A DNA stretch of 64,000 bases. Origin: Octopus sinensis. Lineage: Eukaryota. Shown piece after piece: positions 62,837 to 64,000 of the stretch (positions are counted from its first letter, which is position 1; the number at the start of each line of letters is the position of its first letter). The stretch is taken from assembly GCF_006345805.1 (NCBI RefSeq), contig NC_042999.1, positions 52,948,001 through 53,012,000 of the forward strand, read 5' to 3'. Below the pieces are notes generated by a model. It saw only the letters and a list, made by a program, of their open reading frames with translations, had not been told where the DNA came from and did no database searches. The translations under genes and the position numbers were made by a program.

Positions 62837-62899
62837 ACACTTACGTGGATATGTATGTCTACTTCAAAGAAAAAGAAAGAGCGAAATGTGTTTCCCCAC

Positions 62900-63110
62900 C
62901 CCCATAGGCGCATGAGGCAGGTTTCCAGGATTCTGTTGTGTCTATATTGCCCCCACCCCTACCGGGACGAGCCGTCGGTCCTTCGCAAGATTCTTCATGT
63001 TGGCCTGCTGGGTGAACATGAGCAGCGGGAAATTGTTTTGATGAAGAACAGAACGCATTGGTCGGTCAAGGATGGAAACTAGATCGTTATGCAACACCCT
63101 CACCACAAAC
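62900..63110 (-). mobile_element. SINE family D-like, old copy
   Basis: Colinear similarity to 30170-30330 (GGGACG..GCTG.GTG.AC..GTTTTG.T.AAGAACA.AACGC..GGA..GAAAC). Confidence 0.5.
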
Positions 63111-63539
63111 TCACCTCCTTATGCTACATACTTACATAATCATAAATATATTTTACATATACGTCTGCATATGTGCGTACAGACATATCCATACACAAGC
63201 ACATGTATGTGTGTATATGTGTGTTTGTTTGTGTGTGTGTATGTGTGCGCGTGTACACTTATGTGTGTATGTTTATAACACACACACACACACACAGAAA
63301 GTACCAACTGTTAATTTCGTACTATTACCAACATACTGTGAATCAGATTGGCACCGCTAAAGAAAAGGAATGGTTTGAACCAAGAATGGAATCTGGGCTA
63401 TAGTCCAACTTGTTACAACAAATGTTGTTTCTTCAGTCTCTGCTGAGGTACAGACTCACGTCCCCTCCACCCCACCCCCGACCTTACTGCAACATCGGTT
63501 AATTCACTACTGCTACATACTAACATATCCTATCCAATC

Positions 63540-63900
63540 TCCTTCATAAACTGTTTCCTTCTTTTTCGTTTTGTCTTTCTTTCCTTCTTCCATCTTTCTT
63601 TCATTTCTTCAACGTTCCATTCCACCAATTATATCTTTATTTCAAAAATTTCATTTCTTTCGCATTTAACCTTTAATATTTTCTATCTGCCTCACTAACA
63701 ATATTCCATTCAAATATTTCATTATTCTCTTTCTTTCTTTCATTCTTCTTTTCTTCGTTTAAATCTTCATGTATTTGCCTTCCTTTCATTTACTGTTTTC
63801 CTCTGTAGTTTTATTTCCAAAATTTCGTTTATCGAAATATTTCACGAGAAAAATACTTGTTTCTTTTCACTTCTCCAATCTTCTTTCTTTCTGGAGTTCA
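63540..63900 (-). pseudogene. Possible LINE ORF1 C-terminal relic
   Basis: QIHEDLNEEKNERKKRIMKY resembles the I.EDL...ER..R motif of CR1/L2-type ORF1; weak. Confidence 0.25.
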
Positions 63901-64000
63901 CCAGGTTCGTTCACCATAATCCTCTACATATCTACCTCTCCCCGCTTTCTCCCGATCACCGTCAACCAGTATAACCTGGCACCACAATATTTCATCCCGG

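Overview
AT-rich, microsatellite-dense eukaryotic DNA made almost entirely of repeats. The SINE, LINE and Penelope content resembles a cephalopod (Octopus-like) genome, which is an inference from recognised repeat families rather than a search result. I found no intact host protein-coding gene, rRNA, functional tRNA or CRISPR array, and nearly all listed ORFs are microsatellite artefacts or transposon fragments. The window holds three Penelope-like retroelements (RT + GIY-YIG): 26.5-27.7 kb (+), 31.0-34.9 kb (+, best preserved, with an inverted terminal repeat) and 50.4-53.4 kb (-). It also holds many R4/Dong-type RLE LINE pieces sitting in (TAA)n arrays, four Tc1/mariner relics, RTE relics, Helentron-type non-autonomous elements, about 25 tRNA-derived SINE copies from several families, a tRNA-Phe pseudogene and many fold-back palindromes. 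Three observations stand out. (1) About a dozen hammerhead-ribozyme-like motifs tied to Penelope-type ends, with recurrent non-canonical cores: UUGAAAA (a U3-A8 compensatory swap, three identical copies), CCGANGA (C4) and CUGU-N-GAA. (2) Several fold-back palindromes built from those ribozyme ends, encoding a hammerhead on both strands. (3) A Ulp1/SENP-like cysteine-protease domain directly upstream of, and on the same strand as, a Penelope ORF. All ribozyme folds were read by eye and are untested.
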